DNA of 64,000 nucleotides from Chiloscyllium plagiosum (Eukaryota): positions 22,283,174-22,347,173 of the forward strand of contig NC_057719.1 of the NCBI RefSeq assembly GCF_004010195.1, read 5' to 3'. Position 1 is the stretch's first letter. Every line of letters begins with the position of its first letter. The notes beneath the pieces are model-generated. The model was not told where the DNA came from, searched no databases, and saw only the letters and a list, made by a program, of their open reading frames with translations. The position numbers and the translations under genes were made by a program. Shown here one piece after another: positions 10,613-24,570 of this stretch.

Positions 10613-12810
10613 CAATGTGGTTTCAAGTTCCCCCTCTCCCCAGCATACACCTGGCAAATGTCCAAGCTATTGAAAGCAAACGAGATGACCATAAAGCTAG
10701 ACTTATCTCCCAGAGGGAACTGAGAGACTGCTATGTGGTGTCCTTTACGAAGACTCCTGCTTCACCTGACTGTGCCGTACAGCCTGAAGTTTCTCTACAC
10801 AACTCATGGACTGCATGGCATCCTCAGACAAGCCAAGGGGTGGAGGAGTCTGCCTCCTGGCACACAGACATGGCGAGTTACAGCTCCCTAGACCCAGAAT
10901 ATCATACTGTGAAGTGCTGTCCCTACTGCCTGCCATGGGAGTTCACCTCTGCTATCCTGACAGCAGTCCACAAACTACCCCAGGTACAAGTGAAAAGTGC
11001 ACTTGGTGAAATATACACCAATATGAATAGACTTGAGACAGAATACCCTGAGACCTTGCTCATCGTAGCCCATGACTTCAGCCAGGCCTACCTCAAGGTC
11101 GTGCTTCCAAAATATCATCAGCACATCTCCTGTCCCACCATGTTGCAACACAACCATTCAAGATTCCTATCGCTCCATATCCTGTCCTCAATTTGGAAAA
11201 TCAGATCATGATGCTGTTTTTCCTCCCAGCTTACAAGCAAAAGTTGAAACATGAGGACCCAGCACAGAAAGTAGTACAGTGCTAGTCTGAGACAGTGTAA
11301 GAGCTTCCATGGGATTGCTATGAATCGATGGACTCATCCATATTCAAGAACTCAGGGGCCAACCTAAATGAGTATGCCTCGATTGTTACAAACTACATTA
11401 GCACATGTGTCAAAGACTGCATGCCAAAGAAGTTAATCTGAATGTTCCCTAATCAGAAACGATGGATGAATCGGGAGATTCATTGCCTACCAAAGTCCAG
11501 GTATAAAGCATTCTAGTCAGATGACCCTGACCTTTACAGGAAATCCATATTCCACCACCATAAGGACATTAGAGATGTCAATTGACAATACTGGATTAAG
11601 CTGGAGACCCCAGCTAACCCCACGGACACCCGCCATTTGTGGCTAGACCTACATGACACAACGGGATTCAAAGCAGAGCAAAACAGAATAGTGGACAAAA
11701 ATACATCCTTCCCTGATGCACTCAATGTTTGTTATGCTCATTTCAAACAGCTCCAGCTTCAACGCCATAATTCTAACCAGACTAATCTCCAAACCCCAAG
11801 ATCTATGTCTTTGCTCCACCCTACGCAACTGGATCCTTAAACTTCCTGACTCACAGACTGCAATCTGTGAGAGTAGGCCACACTACCTCCTCTATGATCA
11901 TCCTCAACACCGGCACCCTGCAAAGCTGCATACTCAGCCCCTGACTATACCCTCTCTACACTCATGAATGTGTTGCCAAATTCTGTCCTAACTCCATCTG
12001 CAAGTTGCCTGATGACTCCACCATTGTAGGCCAATCGCAAACCATGGTGAAATAGAAAACAGGAAAGAGATGGAGTGCTTCGTAGCACAATGTAAAAATA
12101 ACAATCTCTCCCTCAATGTCAGTGAAACAAAAGAGATGGTCATCAATTTCAGGAAGCAAGGTGGCTGGCACGCCCCTGTCTGCATCAATGGAGCTGAGGT
12201 GGAGATGGTCATAAACGTCAAGTTCCTCTGAGTCTTGGTCCACCCATGTTGATGCAATGATCAATAAAGCACACTGCCTCCACTTCCTCAGAAGGCTAAG
12301 GAAATTAGGCATGTCCAAAAAGACTCTTACCAATTTTTGAAAATGCACCTTGGCTTAGTACAGCAACTGCTGTGCCCAGGACTGTAAGAAATTTCAGAGA
12401 GTTGTGAACACAGTCCTGCCCTTCACGCAAGCCAACCTTCCATCTGTTGACTCCATCCTTACTTCTTGCTGCTTCGGGAAGTCAGCTAACATAATCAAAG
12501 ACCCCTCCTACCTGTCATAATCTCTTCCAACTATTCCATCGGGCAGATGATACAAAAGCTTGAACACACAAACCAGCAGACTCAAGAACAACTTCTTCCC
12601 CACTGTTGTTAGACTGCTCAATAGATCTCTCAAATTTTAAATTTAAATGTTGATCTCATCCTTTGTGCACCTTCTCTGCAGCTGTAACATCATATTCTTT
12701 TCTCTGTTCTATACCCCTTACGCACATTGCATACTGCTATACTGCACGCAAAACATATCTTTTCACTGTACCTAGATACATGTGACAATAATAAATAAAA
12801 TAAAATCAAA
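10613..12810 (+). mobile_element. Rex/Babar-type LINE, degraded and internally deleted
   Basis: APE segment LANVQAIESK...EYHTVKCCPYCLPWEFTSAILTAVH (Rex1-like CRPxYLPREFT motif), RT remnants (CNWIL, LSPxLYxLYTHEC, KxxDDSTIVG) and tail gtgacaataataaataaaataaaatc. Confidence 0.8.
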
Positions 12811-14949
12811 TTGAAAGGCTGAATTGGCTATGCCCGCTCTTAATTCCTATATTCCTAAATGACTTGCACTGACTATGCAATGCAAGACATTGATTGAAAG
12901 ATGTGTTTGAATTATTTTTTGTGCCCCATCAGTTAATGCCCAACTAGTTGAGAAAACCACTTTATTTGATCAAAAGGAGTGCATTAACGGAGCAGAAAAT
13001 GTCATTTTGTTTACATATATTGTTTTCTTTAAAAGACTATTTTAAAAGTTATTATTAAAATTCTTGTGGTTTTATTTGTACTTCCCTACTTCATGGAACG
13101 ATGGAGCATGTCTTGTGCTAGAATGAGTTACTGCAAGATGTTTTCAATAAATACATTTTGATTTAATATTATTTACTAAATTGTACGTTCCATTGACACA
13201 CCAAAGATTACAGACTCAAAGTTATACAGTGATTGTCACAGATTCAATCTTCTAGTGGGGTTGTTACTACATTAGTTATTAGTTATGACATTGACTGCTA
13301 AAAGAAACACTTCAACACAAAGTAGCAAATACAGCATGGTCTAAACCCAGCTGCTCGTAACAGAAATGTTATACACAACTGGATAACTTGCTAATGATCG
13401 CAATGGAAAGTATTCATCCTTAGGCAACTTGAGATTTAGACACCAAATCAGACACTCTTGTGATTTACGATGTCCTCTAAACCTCAAAAAGAAATTATTT
13501 GCTCATAGTTGCAACTATTCAAGCATCCGTTGTTCCCCATTTAACCTTTTTTTTATTGCAGCTACTTCAATGTGTTCTGAATCAGACTTCCAATGATGAG
13601 CTTCTCTACACATATGACAAACCCCGAATCTGAGCATTTCACCAGCTGAGAATTTTTTTTTAAGATGCACCTTGACTTATTAAAAAACTGGTTCTGATGA
13701 CTAGATAAAAGACAATTTGAAAAGAAGAGTAAACAAGATAAGATAAATGGAGATATACTGCGATTTACAAGTCAGTAGATTGAAGGAAGGACAAGAAACT
13801 GAGGATAAAAAGATCCTGTGGGGGAATGCATTAGATCTAGGAAGTGATGGGATGAGTCTTCATCCCAAAATGGGAGCTACTCAGGGAATGCAAAGTATAC
13901 TTAGGATATCTTCGGTAAAGCTAAGGAAAGAAATGAGAGAGGGAACATTCATGGTTATATGAATTGTGAATTCAAATGGTCACAGGTTGTAAATGAATAA
14001 TACTTGTACAAATGTTCTGCGGTGTGAAATTTCAGCATGGAAGGACACTACTGATTAAACTGTCTGTACTAAAATAAATTTAGAGGTTCACAAGTGACAG
14101 TGATTTTATCTCAACGCAGCACAGATTATAACTGACTTATAGAGTGATCTAAAACTACTTTGGGAATTAAATGAAGGCTGTAAGTGAAATGCCATTTAAG
14201 ATTAAAAAAAACACAGTTTGGGAGATCAGCCAACAAATTCATTGATCTTCCAAGGATGAGTAATAGTTGCACAGCAGCACTTTTCTAAGTCGTGGCATTT
14301 AGTCTTGTGTTGAGACTTAGATTCGACTGTCCAACAGAATGACCTTGTAACAATAATGGGATCAGAAGCTAAACAGCAGGCTCAGAAGATGTCAACTGTG
14401 TTGCTCCCACAGATCTCCAAGGAAAAACAGCATGGGACTAAAGGTACATGGGTCCAGTAATACAAAGAATATGATTTCCAGTACACTCTTGCACTAGAAT
14501 CATTGGAGATTACAGACTCAAGAGCAGGACACGTAATAGCATGGGTAGGAGCAGGTAGTGTTAGACTCCATCTGACATTGCTACTTCTTCCATTTGTGTT
14601 GAGATAACTTAGATTCTCTTAACTGAGGGATTCTTGACTCCAGAATCCATGTCATTTGATTCTAACCTCAGAGCTTGCATGTGTGATTTTTCTCAAACAT
14701 TCATCTTTTGAGATGACAGCTTATGCTCCTGTTCTAAGAAGTTCCCATGTCAATTCACTCCTCCAGTTACCTTCTGCATTGCAAGTCACTTGTGCTATAC
14801 TTTCTCTTACAATATCTAATTTCTCCTGAGACAATACAACTGACCTGCTGAGTAGGACTGAAACCATAACATATGCGATGAGCTCCAGGAGAACGAGTCA
14901 GAGGGACAGATGTAAAGTTTTGCTTCAGATACTCAGATGTGATTTATCC

Positions 14950-15700
14950 TTTTTCTTAATTTTCATCATTATTGTTAATAAGGAAGGACTTAGTTCCCTT
15001 CTCTTCATCATCACCACCTTCCTTTTTTCCATTATCATCTTTCCTCTCTTGGTATGACATCAGCATGAATGGAAAGCTTTGGATCGGATAGGTACACATG
15101 ACCACCAACAAGAATAAGGAGTCTGACAAATGGAGAGAAGGTGGTCTGTACGTCAGTGCTGCTCCAGAGGAATTACAAGGTGGCCTCAGGTGTGCACCCA
15201 CTAACCTGTGCCTCTACAATTCCACAGAGCTCACCTCCTGCCTGAGTGATAAAACTCTGAAGCTGATGCAAGCGATTCACTAGTTTCATTCTATCTAAGT
15301 GCAGGAAGGGGTAATAAGGTTTGGGGCTAGAAATGACCATTGTTCAAGAAAGTGGAAGCAAACATTTTAAGATAGTGCATGATAATGCACACCATCAGCA
15401 CAGCATAGTATTAATGGATTAAGTCTACAATATCCACCAACGGATCAACGGTGTGTTGATGTCCAAAGAATGAAAAGGAAGAGCTTTTTGTTTGATAATG
15501 TGTCTTTCTCACCAGGTAACAGATATTTTCCAACGTTGGCTGGCTGACTCAAGGCTGAGAAAAGTTGCACTCCATGCTGATGCTACCTCTGACCACACAG
15601 CATGATTTAAAGTATTTGTAGCTTCATCTTGTGAAGGCCCAGTTTTGTGCTGTTTTCTTCTTATGTATATGTATTGAAGGCCTAGCTTCTGTGATGCCCT
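14950..15700 (-). mobile_element. Possible very old PIF/Harbinger remnant
   Basis: Minus-strand peptides AVWSEVASAWSATFLSLESASQRWK (Myb/SANT-like) and SSGAALTYRP followed by an acidic stretch. Similarity judged by eye and weak. Confidence 0.25.
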
Positions 15701-16393
15701 CAGCTTGACCTTCCAACAGAAAACAGTGTTTTAAAAGAGAATTGACACAAAATCACACATACAATCTCATGCAGCCAGCTGACAGTGACTGTAATGACCC
15801 AGATACTTTCCCATTTATGTGTTGGTGTAAGCTTCAACAATTGCCGAATTTGTAAAGGTATCATTCTAAAATCTAAGGTCTCCTTAGCATAGCTTGTTTT
15901 ACATAGAATTTGTGCTAGTGAACTGCTTATATACATTTAAATGAGGTAGTTCAGTTATTTGGAGCCCTACAGAAGATTGGCAAAGCAAGGCTTAAGAATG
16001 CCAGTGGCCCTGTTGAAGTTCAGAGCCTTAATTTAAAAATCAGTTACAATGGGCACCAAGTTGAGTTTGCAGAATCTATCCAGGCTGGTGACGCAATCTG
16101 ACTGGTTGAATAGAAAAGGCCATTGTTAGTTGTGATCTCCAACCATCAGGTCACATAATAAAAGAAAACTCCTTTCAATGGAATGCAGGTTATCCACTGC
16201 AAATTTCTTCAAATATTCTCCTGACTGGCTGCTCAAACTTCAGCAGCTGATCTACATTTCTGCAGCATCTGATCATTTCCCAACAGGATCAGAGTTGCTA
16301 ACAGGGAGGACCTTTTATAGAGGACACTGGGAGACATCACTGACTGAAGTTAACCTGTGGATTTATATTACATTCCCCCTAATGTTAGATGAA

Positions 16394-16508
16394 GACCATA
16401 AGACCATAAGAAATAGGAGTGGATGTAAGGCCATTCGACCCATTGAGTCCACTCTGCCATTCAATCATGGCTGATGGACATTTCAATGCCACTTACCTGC
16501 ACTGTCCT
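16394..16508 (-). mobile_element. CR1 3' tail fragment
   Basis: gaccataagaccataaga plus the reverse complement of the 3' UTR seen at 5395-5510. Confidence 0.85.
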
Positions 16509-16964
16509 CAATTTGAAGGGATTCTTCTCAAGGAATCTTCCTAAAATTTTCACCACAGACCTTCCCCTGTTGTGTAAACAATTGCACAACTAACAGTGCA
16601 AGTAAATGATCTCCTATGTCTATATTGAAAGCACTCTCAAAGTCACCATTGGTGATAACAAAGGGACGTTCAAGGTGACCCATCCTTATCTTTGGGTTTA
16701 CCCATTAAACAATGTGAAATGTATAGCTAGGATTTCAGTCAATTTGATGTTGGTTACAAGCAAGTATTGCTTAAAAATTGGATTATTATGAGGGTAAACA
16801 ATGTATTTGATTTTTTTTCTGACTCTGAACTGGCTTCATGTAAGGTACCAATACCATTACTCCAAGGCTGAACAGAGGCAGTAAAAGTTACAAGTGGTAA
16901 CGCTCATTTTATCCAGCATGAGTAACACAGAAACCATCACCAAGTAAGGGAGGAAACATGTACA

Positions 16965-17245
16965 CTTTCACAACATCAGGACATCCCAAAGCACTTTCGA
17001 ACCAATAGCTATTTTTGAAGTGTAGTTACTGTTGTGATATAGCAGCCTCATAAGCCAATTTGCGCAAAGCTTGGTCCCATAAATAGCAACGTGATAATCT
17101 GTTGTAATAATGTTGATTAAGCAATAAATGTTGGCGAGTACATTGGGAATAGTTTTCCTTCCTTTCTCTGAAATAGTGCCATGGAACATTTTGCTTCCAC
17201 CTGAGAGGACAGATGGGCCTTATTTTAATGTCTCATGATGAAAGT
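16965..17245 (-). mobile_element. Old Deu-domain-type SINE (AmnSINE1/SacSINE1-like)
   Basis: Minus strand reads atgagacattaaaataaggcccatctgtcctctcaggtggaagcaaaatgttccatggcactattt... and ends aaagtgctttgggatgtcctg, matching the recalled Deu-domain and L2-type tail. Confidence 0.6.
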
Positions 17246-18589
17246 ATATGGCTTTAACAGTTGAAATACTTTCCATATGCATCTAAATTTAAAAAAATTC
17301 CGAGCCCACCACACTTGAAACCTTTGGAGTACCTCAGCTATGTTGTTCTAAATACATAATTAACTTGATCATAAAAGATGAGGGGTCTTTCTACTAATAT
17401 TTGTCAATGTAACTGAAACAACAGTAACCTTCTGATTGCATTTAATCAGCTAACTGTTGTAAAGTGGGGCAATTTCTTTGATGGCAACAGAATCTCATGA
17501 GCCTAACAGTGTGAGTACTGTTATTAAAACCAAACAATATGAACCTTGTAATCTTAAGTGATTCAAATTGGGATTTTAAAATGTCTATAATGCATGCTTT
17601 GCTTTGCTTAAAATTAAGGAGGGATATTTCATAACATCTCATAGGGGTAATTGTATTGATTACACAGCACATTTCATAAAAAGGTATTAGCGGCATGAGA
17701 AAGAGGGCTTTTATGATACAGCGTTGAAATTTGAAGTGATTATAAGCAGGCAATCAAAGCGGGTTTAAAATTATACCAGCCACATCTTGCAAGCTGCAGA
17801 GTTCACTCAGAGGTCATTAGACATTAAATATGTGAACATTTGAGTTATTGTCCTACAGTGAGGCTGTTCCACCACTTTCATTCCACCTTCAGTGAGCTGC
17901 AATCAATACCACACAATTTTCTAACTAAGCTTTTTCAATAGGTCCTTTGTGAACTGACAAATGTCATAAAGAAACAGTGAATTATGGTAATTAGCCAGCT
18001 GGCCCTGAGCAGCCTGTACTTTTCTATATTTTTTCACCGCTATATAACATGTTACAGGATTAACAAAAAATCTTGCATGAGGGCCTTGTTAAGAATTACA
18101 GAAAACAGTCTATCAGTTATGCACACAGACATAAAAATTGCTTGTTTTTCTAGGTTTTCAGCTGTGAAACTAAGCCAGAAACAGCCATTTGATTAACAAA
18201 ATTTCCTTGGCACCATTTAGCAGAGAATAAGTACTGGAAATTACCCCATGCTCGAAATTGTGCTAAAATGGTGGGCTCGGTTTCACCTTAAAGCATATAA
18301 AATACTTAATAATCAAGAGAATGTGCGGAGCAGCTCTGCTGGTGTCAGTGTGCAGTTCATTGGTGACCTCTGAACCTGCCAAAGCATCCAGGGTCAAAGG
18401 GAAGTCGTGTCATTTTAATAATCCTGGCAGGTGCCCACATGCCACTTTCAGTGCATCATGAGCACCTGGCTGAGGGGAAGATGGGAAAAATAGATCAGGC
18501 TGCCACTCACAATGAAACAAACATCATCTTTTACTGTCATTGTTTTTTCCTGTAGAAGGTTTAAAATTAACACACAACAGATCTAACGT

Positions 18590-18900
18590 TAACTAACATT
18601 TGTGGATGGGAGTTCCAACCTCTCACACCTTTTGTTTGTCAAAGCGTTTCCTAACATCTCTCTTGAATGGTCTGGCTGTAAGTTTTAGACTGTGCCACTC
18701 GTTCTAGAATCCCCAACTAGTGGAATTCGCTTACCTTTCTGTCTTTTCTGGTTTATATGTTGAAGACCCTTAGCCCTCTAAATTCTTGAGAAAACAGGCC
18801 TAATATATGCAACATTTCCTCGTAGCTGGACTTTAGGCATTAAGTTATCATTTTTGTAAACCTATATTCTACTCCCTCCAAGGCCAATATATTCTTCTGC
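18590..18900 (-). mobile_element. Old CR1 fragment
   Basis: Reverse-complement CR1 ORF2 C-terminal sequence (gagttccaacctctcacac...tactccctccaaggccaatat). Confidence 0.55.
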
Positions 18901-20219
18901 AGTTCCTTGTACTTGCAGAGGACAGGTTTCTGCATATGAATTGAGTGGGCCCAGCACAGAACTCAAGTGGACTCAATATACAGACCTCAAGAGAGTCCTG
19001 CTTGCAGACCTTGAGTGAGCCCTTACTTTTTCGGAGTGAACACAAGACCCTGGCATCTGAATCAGTGGCTGCTACATCAGTGGAGACAATGTTAGTAAGG
19101 TAGGCCCAGCTGTAAAAGATGGCGCCTAAGGGTTGGCGATTTGTCGTTGGTTGGGTCCAGCGCTGGTGGTAGCAAAGCAGAGATGGAAAGGCATCACAGT
19201 GGCATCACTGAGGTGGGGCCACAGTGAGACTCCATTGTTTGTTGGTCCAGCGCAGGCAGCGGTGAGGCAGTGGCAGAGAATTATCGGCTCAATGGTGATG
19301 GTGCCTGAGGATTAACAACCTCACAGTTGTATGGGGCAAGTATAGATTGCAGTGAAGTGGTGGAGGAGAGATGGCGGTACAGGCTTTGTTGATGGATTCG
19401 TTGGATCAGGACTGATGGACTATTCCATCTATACCTTTCCTTTCTTTCTTTATTTTCCTTTTCCCCACATTATTCAAAATGGTACCAAATCATGATGACA
19501 AATGGAAGCTTTTCACTGTATTTTATTGTATTCTTACAGTAAAATACACATGACAATAAAATCATTCATTCATGTGGCTTCTACCAAGTATTTTGAGAGT
19601 CAACTGACAAATATATAATGGTTGTTAGCAAAAACCTCAATCCTCTCAGCATTGTTCTGAAAGTGCTCTCTAATTGTAGAATCACATTTAAAATTAGACT
19701 TATGCCCTAAGGTTTTGCAAGCTATCCTTGCAAAAATTTAGGACAGAATATTTGAATATGATTTTTCAATGAAACAGCACCTGCTGAAAAATCTTGAGCA
19801 TGCTAAGGTTTTCACATACATCCGGATTAAAATTATTAGTTGGCTTGCAATGTGTTCACTTATGCTTGCCAGCAGCTACATATATTCATAAGCAGCACCA
19901 GGCTCTAAATGAGACAGGAATATGCCCAAATATTCGTTTTTTATTATTAGCCGAAGTCATAGATAATAGCAGTTTCCCATTGTATTTTGCATGGCAACAC
20001 CACAGCACGCTGAAAGTAACTTGCCTACTAATCAGCACATTTTGTAATGTAGTATAAATTGCTGTTCCCTTCTAAATTTGTCATTATTCTGTCTGCCTTG
20101 ATGAGTACAAAGTTTTTGATAGCAATACTCCTTTTGCAATAATACTCAATGCTTATTGTGTGACAATATATAATCCATTAACATGTCTAATGATAATAAG
20201 TCAGAGGGTCTGTTATAGG

Positions 20220-21418
20220 GTCATAGAGTCATAGGGATGTACAGCACGGAAACAAACTCTTTGGTCCAACCCATCCATGCCGACCAGATATCCCAACCCA
20301 ATCTATTCCTACCTGCCAGCACCTGGCCCATATTCCTCCAAACCTTTCCTATTCATATACCTATCCAGATGCCTCTTAAATGTTGCAATGTTGCAATTGT
20401 ACTAGCCTCCACCACTTCCTCTGGCAGCTCATTCCATACATGTGCCACCCTCTGCGTGAAAACGTTATCCCTTAGGTCTCTTTTATATCTTTTCCCTCTT
20501 ACCCTAACCTATGCCCTCTCGTTCTGGATTCATCCACCCCATCTGTGCCCCTCATGATGTTATAAACCTCTATAAGGTCACCCCTCAGCCTCTGAAGGTC
20601 CAGGGAAAACAGCCCTAACCTATTCAACCTCTCCCTTAAGCTCAAATTCACCAACCCTGGCAACATCCTTGTAAATCTTTTCTGAACCCTTTCAACATCT
20701 TTCCGATGGGAAGGAGACCAGAACTGCACACAATATTCTAACAGTGGCCTAACTAAGGTCCTGCAACATGACCTCCCAACTCCTGTACTCAATACTCTGA
20801 CCAATAAANNNNNNNNNNNNNNNNNNNNNNNNNNNNNNNNNNNNNNNNNNNNNNNNNNNNNNNNNNNNNNNNNNNNNNNNNNNNNNNNNNNNNNNNNNNN
20901 NNNNNNNNNNNNNNNNNNNNNNNNNNNNNNNNNNNNNNNNNNNNNNNNNNNGACTCCACTTTCAAGGAGCTGTGAACCTGCACTCCAAGGTCCCTTTGTT
21001 CAGCAACACTCCTTAGGACCTTACCATTAAGTGTATAAGTCCTGCTAAGATTTGCTTTCCCAAAATGCAGCACCTTGCATTTATCTGAATTAAACTCCAT
21101 CTGCCACTTCTCAGCCCATTGGCCTATCTGATCAAGATCCTGTTGTAATCTGAGGTAACCTTCTTCGCTATACAGTACACCCTCAATTTTGGTGTCATCT
21201 GCAAACTTACTAACTATACCTTTTATGCTCACATCCAAATCATCTTTCTGAATGGTGAAAAGTAGTGGACCCAGCACTGATCCTTGTGGCACTCCACTGG
21301 TCACAGGCCTCCAGTCTGAAAGACAACCCTCCACGACCACGCTCTGTCTTCTACGTTTGGGCCAGTTCTGTTTCCAAATGGTTAGTTCCCTCTGTATTCC
21401 ATGAGATCTAACCTTGCT
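20220..21418 (-). mobile_element. CR1 LINE 3' portion containing an assembly gap
   Basis: WRPVTSGVPQGSVLGPLLF, KFADDTK, LVRPLLEYCVQFW; tail gtcatagagtcatag. Confidence 0.9.
20809..20951. other. Assembly gap (N run)
   Basis: Run of n characters. Confidence 1.
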
Positions 21419-24073
21419 TTTTAAAATTATAGTGCATTTTCAAATGAAGAGTTTTGATCAGTTATGAATTAAATGAACTACTCATGATATTTTTATGCAT
21501 CGGACTATCTTGTTTTTTTCTTAAACCAACGAATGATTTTAATTCCAAATCATTCTCTTTTTAAGAATCTTTCGCATGGCTTATGATGCATTCAGCACTA
21601 TTAAATGTATGTGCCAGAATGGTCTTAGAAAATAACATATGTGATAAGGTAACATATATTTTACAGTTTTCTTGTGGTCCAAGACTAGGCACAGGGGCCT
21701 CTCCAGAACTCAAAAAAAAAATGGTTTGTGCCAGGATATCCCCAGTCCTCGCCTGATCCAACTATTCTATTTGCAGATTAAATTTCTCAGATTTCCACAT
21801 TCCATCACTAAACATGGCCATGAGCTTTTGCCCCTCACTAAGTCCAATGATTCCCAATGACCAGCTCCATTATTATTGTGGCTCTGTACCGCTTGTTTCT
21901 TCTCTGTCCCACCTGCCAGGCTGACAGATGAAAGTCTGCATTGATTTATTTAAATGAAGACCTACTGTTAAAATTATCAATGCCTCCTCATAATCCCATC
22001 ACCTCCCTGCCCCTTGCTATTCTCTTATCTTGCTACCTCCCTGCAAACATTGGGGGCACTTTGTTCTAAGTTCAACCAAAACAACTCGAACGATGAACAG
22101 ACAAGTCATAGTTGACTGTGTGGATCGCAACAGATGCGCATGAAATGCTAGGTATGGGACAATTTTGGAATTGAGAGAGATAAATTCAAGATCCGTTAAG
22201 AAATGCTGAACTGTGATAGAAACACTTTTCATTCTGGTCGAAATTTGTTCCTTGAAGCTTTAGTATTTTGCACTTTAACAACCATTTAAAAGACATAAAA
22301 ACGTATGAAGGAAGTAAATCAGAAGATGATTGTAAGCATTGAACTGAAGTTGTGTTCCAGGTCATCTGCTGCACCAGGATCATTTTGAATGAGGTCAGTA
22401 ACCATTTCATCTAGCGACAACTTATTTCTATATAATTATCGGAAAGCTGACTTTAAAAATGATTGCAATGCAGGGATAGCACATTATTTGAAATGGGAAA
22501 GTAGGAAGGATGGTTTTGGACTTTGTTACAATTGCTAAGCAACAACATTTTAACAATACATGAACTTCTTATTGATTTTTTTACAAGTGAATAAATGTTA
22601 ATAAATGTGAAAGGTTTAGTGTAGAATTACACACAAACTCTCCAAAACCAAAATGTACTGTCTTGGAATTCTGGGCCAGACAAGGCTCATTAGATAACTT
22701 AAAATTAAATTGAGTTTTCTTGTGAGCTAGGATTGGGCACGGGACTGACAAGAAAGCATTGTGCCTCCTTGGCACCAGGTTACTACCTGGTTCCGGCCTC
22801 CTAATCATGGAACTAATCTCTCGGGCTCCCCCCACCGTCTGCACTCTTGGATCTGGCCATGGACCTCCCACCCCAGTACCTCCCTCTATCTGAAGCTTTT
22901 TGATTCATCCCAAATGGAATTCACTAAATAATTGAAAGATCTGTCCTGCCCTGATGTCAAGCAAAGACTTGATTGGCAGAGAAACAAAAAGCCATTGTTT
23001 TCAATTCAATTCGGCAAACATTCAATTTTAATATCAGAGATATTCAAGTCAGTTAAATCACAAGTTTTGCTGGAGCTATTTATTTTAGAGAGCACTATTG
23101 ATTTGAACAGGAATAAATCATGGAAGAATGCAGCTGTAGTATTTTGAACGAACACATCCAATTGTTTCAACATTATGTTTGCATGACTTGGAACAAATGT
23201 TAACATTCAGTTTTTTTGACTGATACATTTTCTATTCACCCTGTAAGTTCTATTCATTGCTCTGTGCTCAGTTCAGAAAAATGGTATTAAATCCTTAGAG
23301 CCTTGCAGTGCCTGGGAGAGAAATTATGGGATTTTGTGGTTTTCCTGTTTCGAGGCCCATTATTGCACATAACCACCACTCCAGCTTCACATTTAACTCT
23401 CCCCTTCACATCTTTCAGGTGCCCAGAATGGGAACCATTGTCACAGTGGTGATAATGCATCGATTTAGAAACCATGTCAAAAGCTTAGGTTTCAGGATAA
23501 TATATTTCACACCATGACTTTGTTAGGCAATTACACAAAATGTGATCATTCAAGTTATGAAAATAACACTGTGACTTTGAACACGGCCTTCTATATTATC
23601 CAGACAATAACAACATCCAAAAGTCTTGAACCTCCCAATAAGCAGACCAAAGAATAATCCTATGGACATAGGATAATATCTTGAAATAACAATGATACAT
23701 TCTATTGTTGTATAATTCCTAGCTTCATTGCTAAGTTTGAAAATGGCAAAAGTCTTCCAGTAAACTAACACTAACCCGTTCACCTTCAATAACCTTCTAT
23801 TTCTATTCATACAGATAGACTTTGAAACAAAAAATTATATAGGCTGTGCAACTGTGTGGTAGGTACCTTTTTAATTTGAAAATGATGCTAATTATACTCA
23901 CAAATTCTAACAGGGTCTAAATAACAAAGAGAACAAAATACTGCAGATGCTAAAGAAAAGGACAAAATTTGTTTTTCAGGGAGTGATTATTTTTTGTTTT
24001 ACATGTGCCCCTTTTCCATTTTCCATGAACTGATTCTTTAGATGATACAGTCACATCATACCTTCTCCTGCAA

Positions 24074-24222
24074 GGGCCAGTTTAGCTCAGTTGGCTGGGC
24101 ATTGGCTATTGAATTAGTGTGATGTCGATAGCATGCGTTCAATTCCCCACACTAGCTGGGGTTAGCATGAAGGACTCTCCTTCTCAACCTCTCCCCTTGC
24201 CTGAAGTGTGGTGATCCTCGGG
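24074..24222 (+). mobile_element. tRNA-headed SINE, second family (partial)
   Basis: A box tagctcagttgg, B box gttcaattcc, body atgaaggactctccttctcaacctc...cctgaagtgtggtga; a minus-strand relative lies at 36808-37020. Confidence 0.7.
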
Positions 24223-24362
24223 CAACATTTGTGCTGAGATATGGGGTATTTGAACTCAGAGGCAGAATTAGAAGAATTCAGCAAAATGTTCAATAATCAT
24301 CACTACTCTACTGAACCAAAAGCTACAACATGCTAGGCAAACATTGATTTCTTATACATCAT

Positions 24363-24570
24363 GTACAGTCGGTTCCACTATAATGTGTGTTTCTTCAACA
24401 CAAATTGGTTTTACCGTGCTTGAAGAATTTAGACCTTTCTTGTGAATTTTCCTTTCTTGTATTGTCTATAATGTGATTCCGGCCGCATTAGATTAAATGG
24501 CGCAGCTAATGCGCAATTTTCTTATAACGCGAGATTGCACAAGAACGCATTATGTCAGAATAATTTGATA
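24363..24570. mobile_element. Degraded Tigger/pogo-like MITE
   Basis: Begins ta-cagtcggttccactataa; internal tataacgcg-like repeats; right end decayed. Confidence 0.5.
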
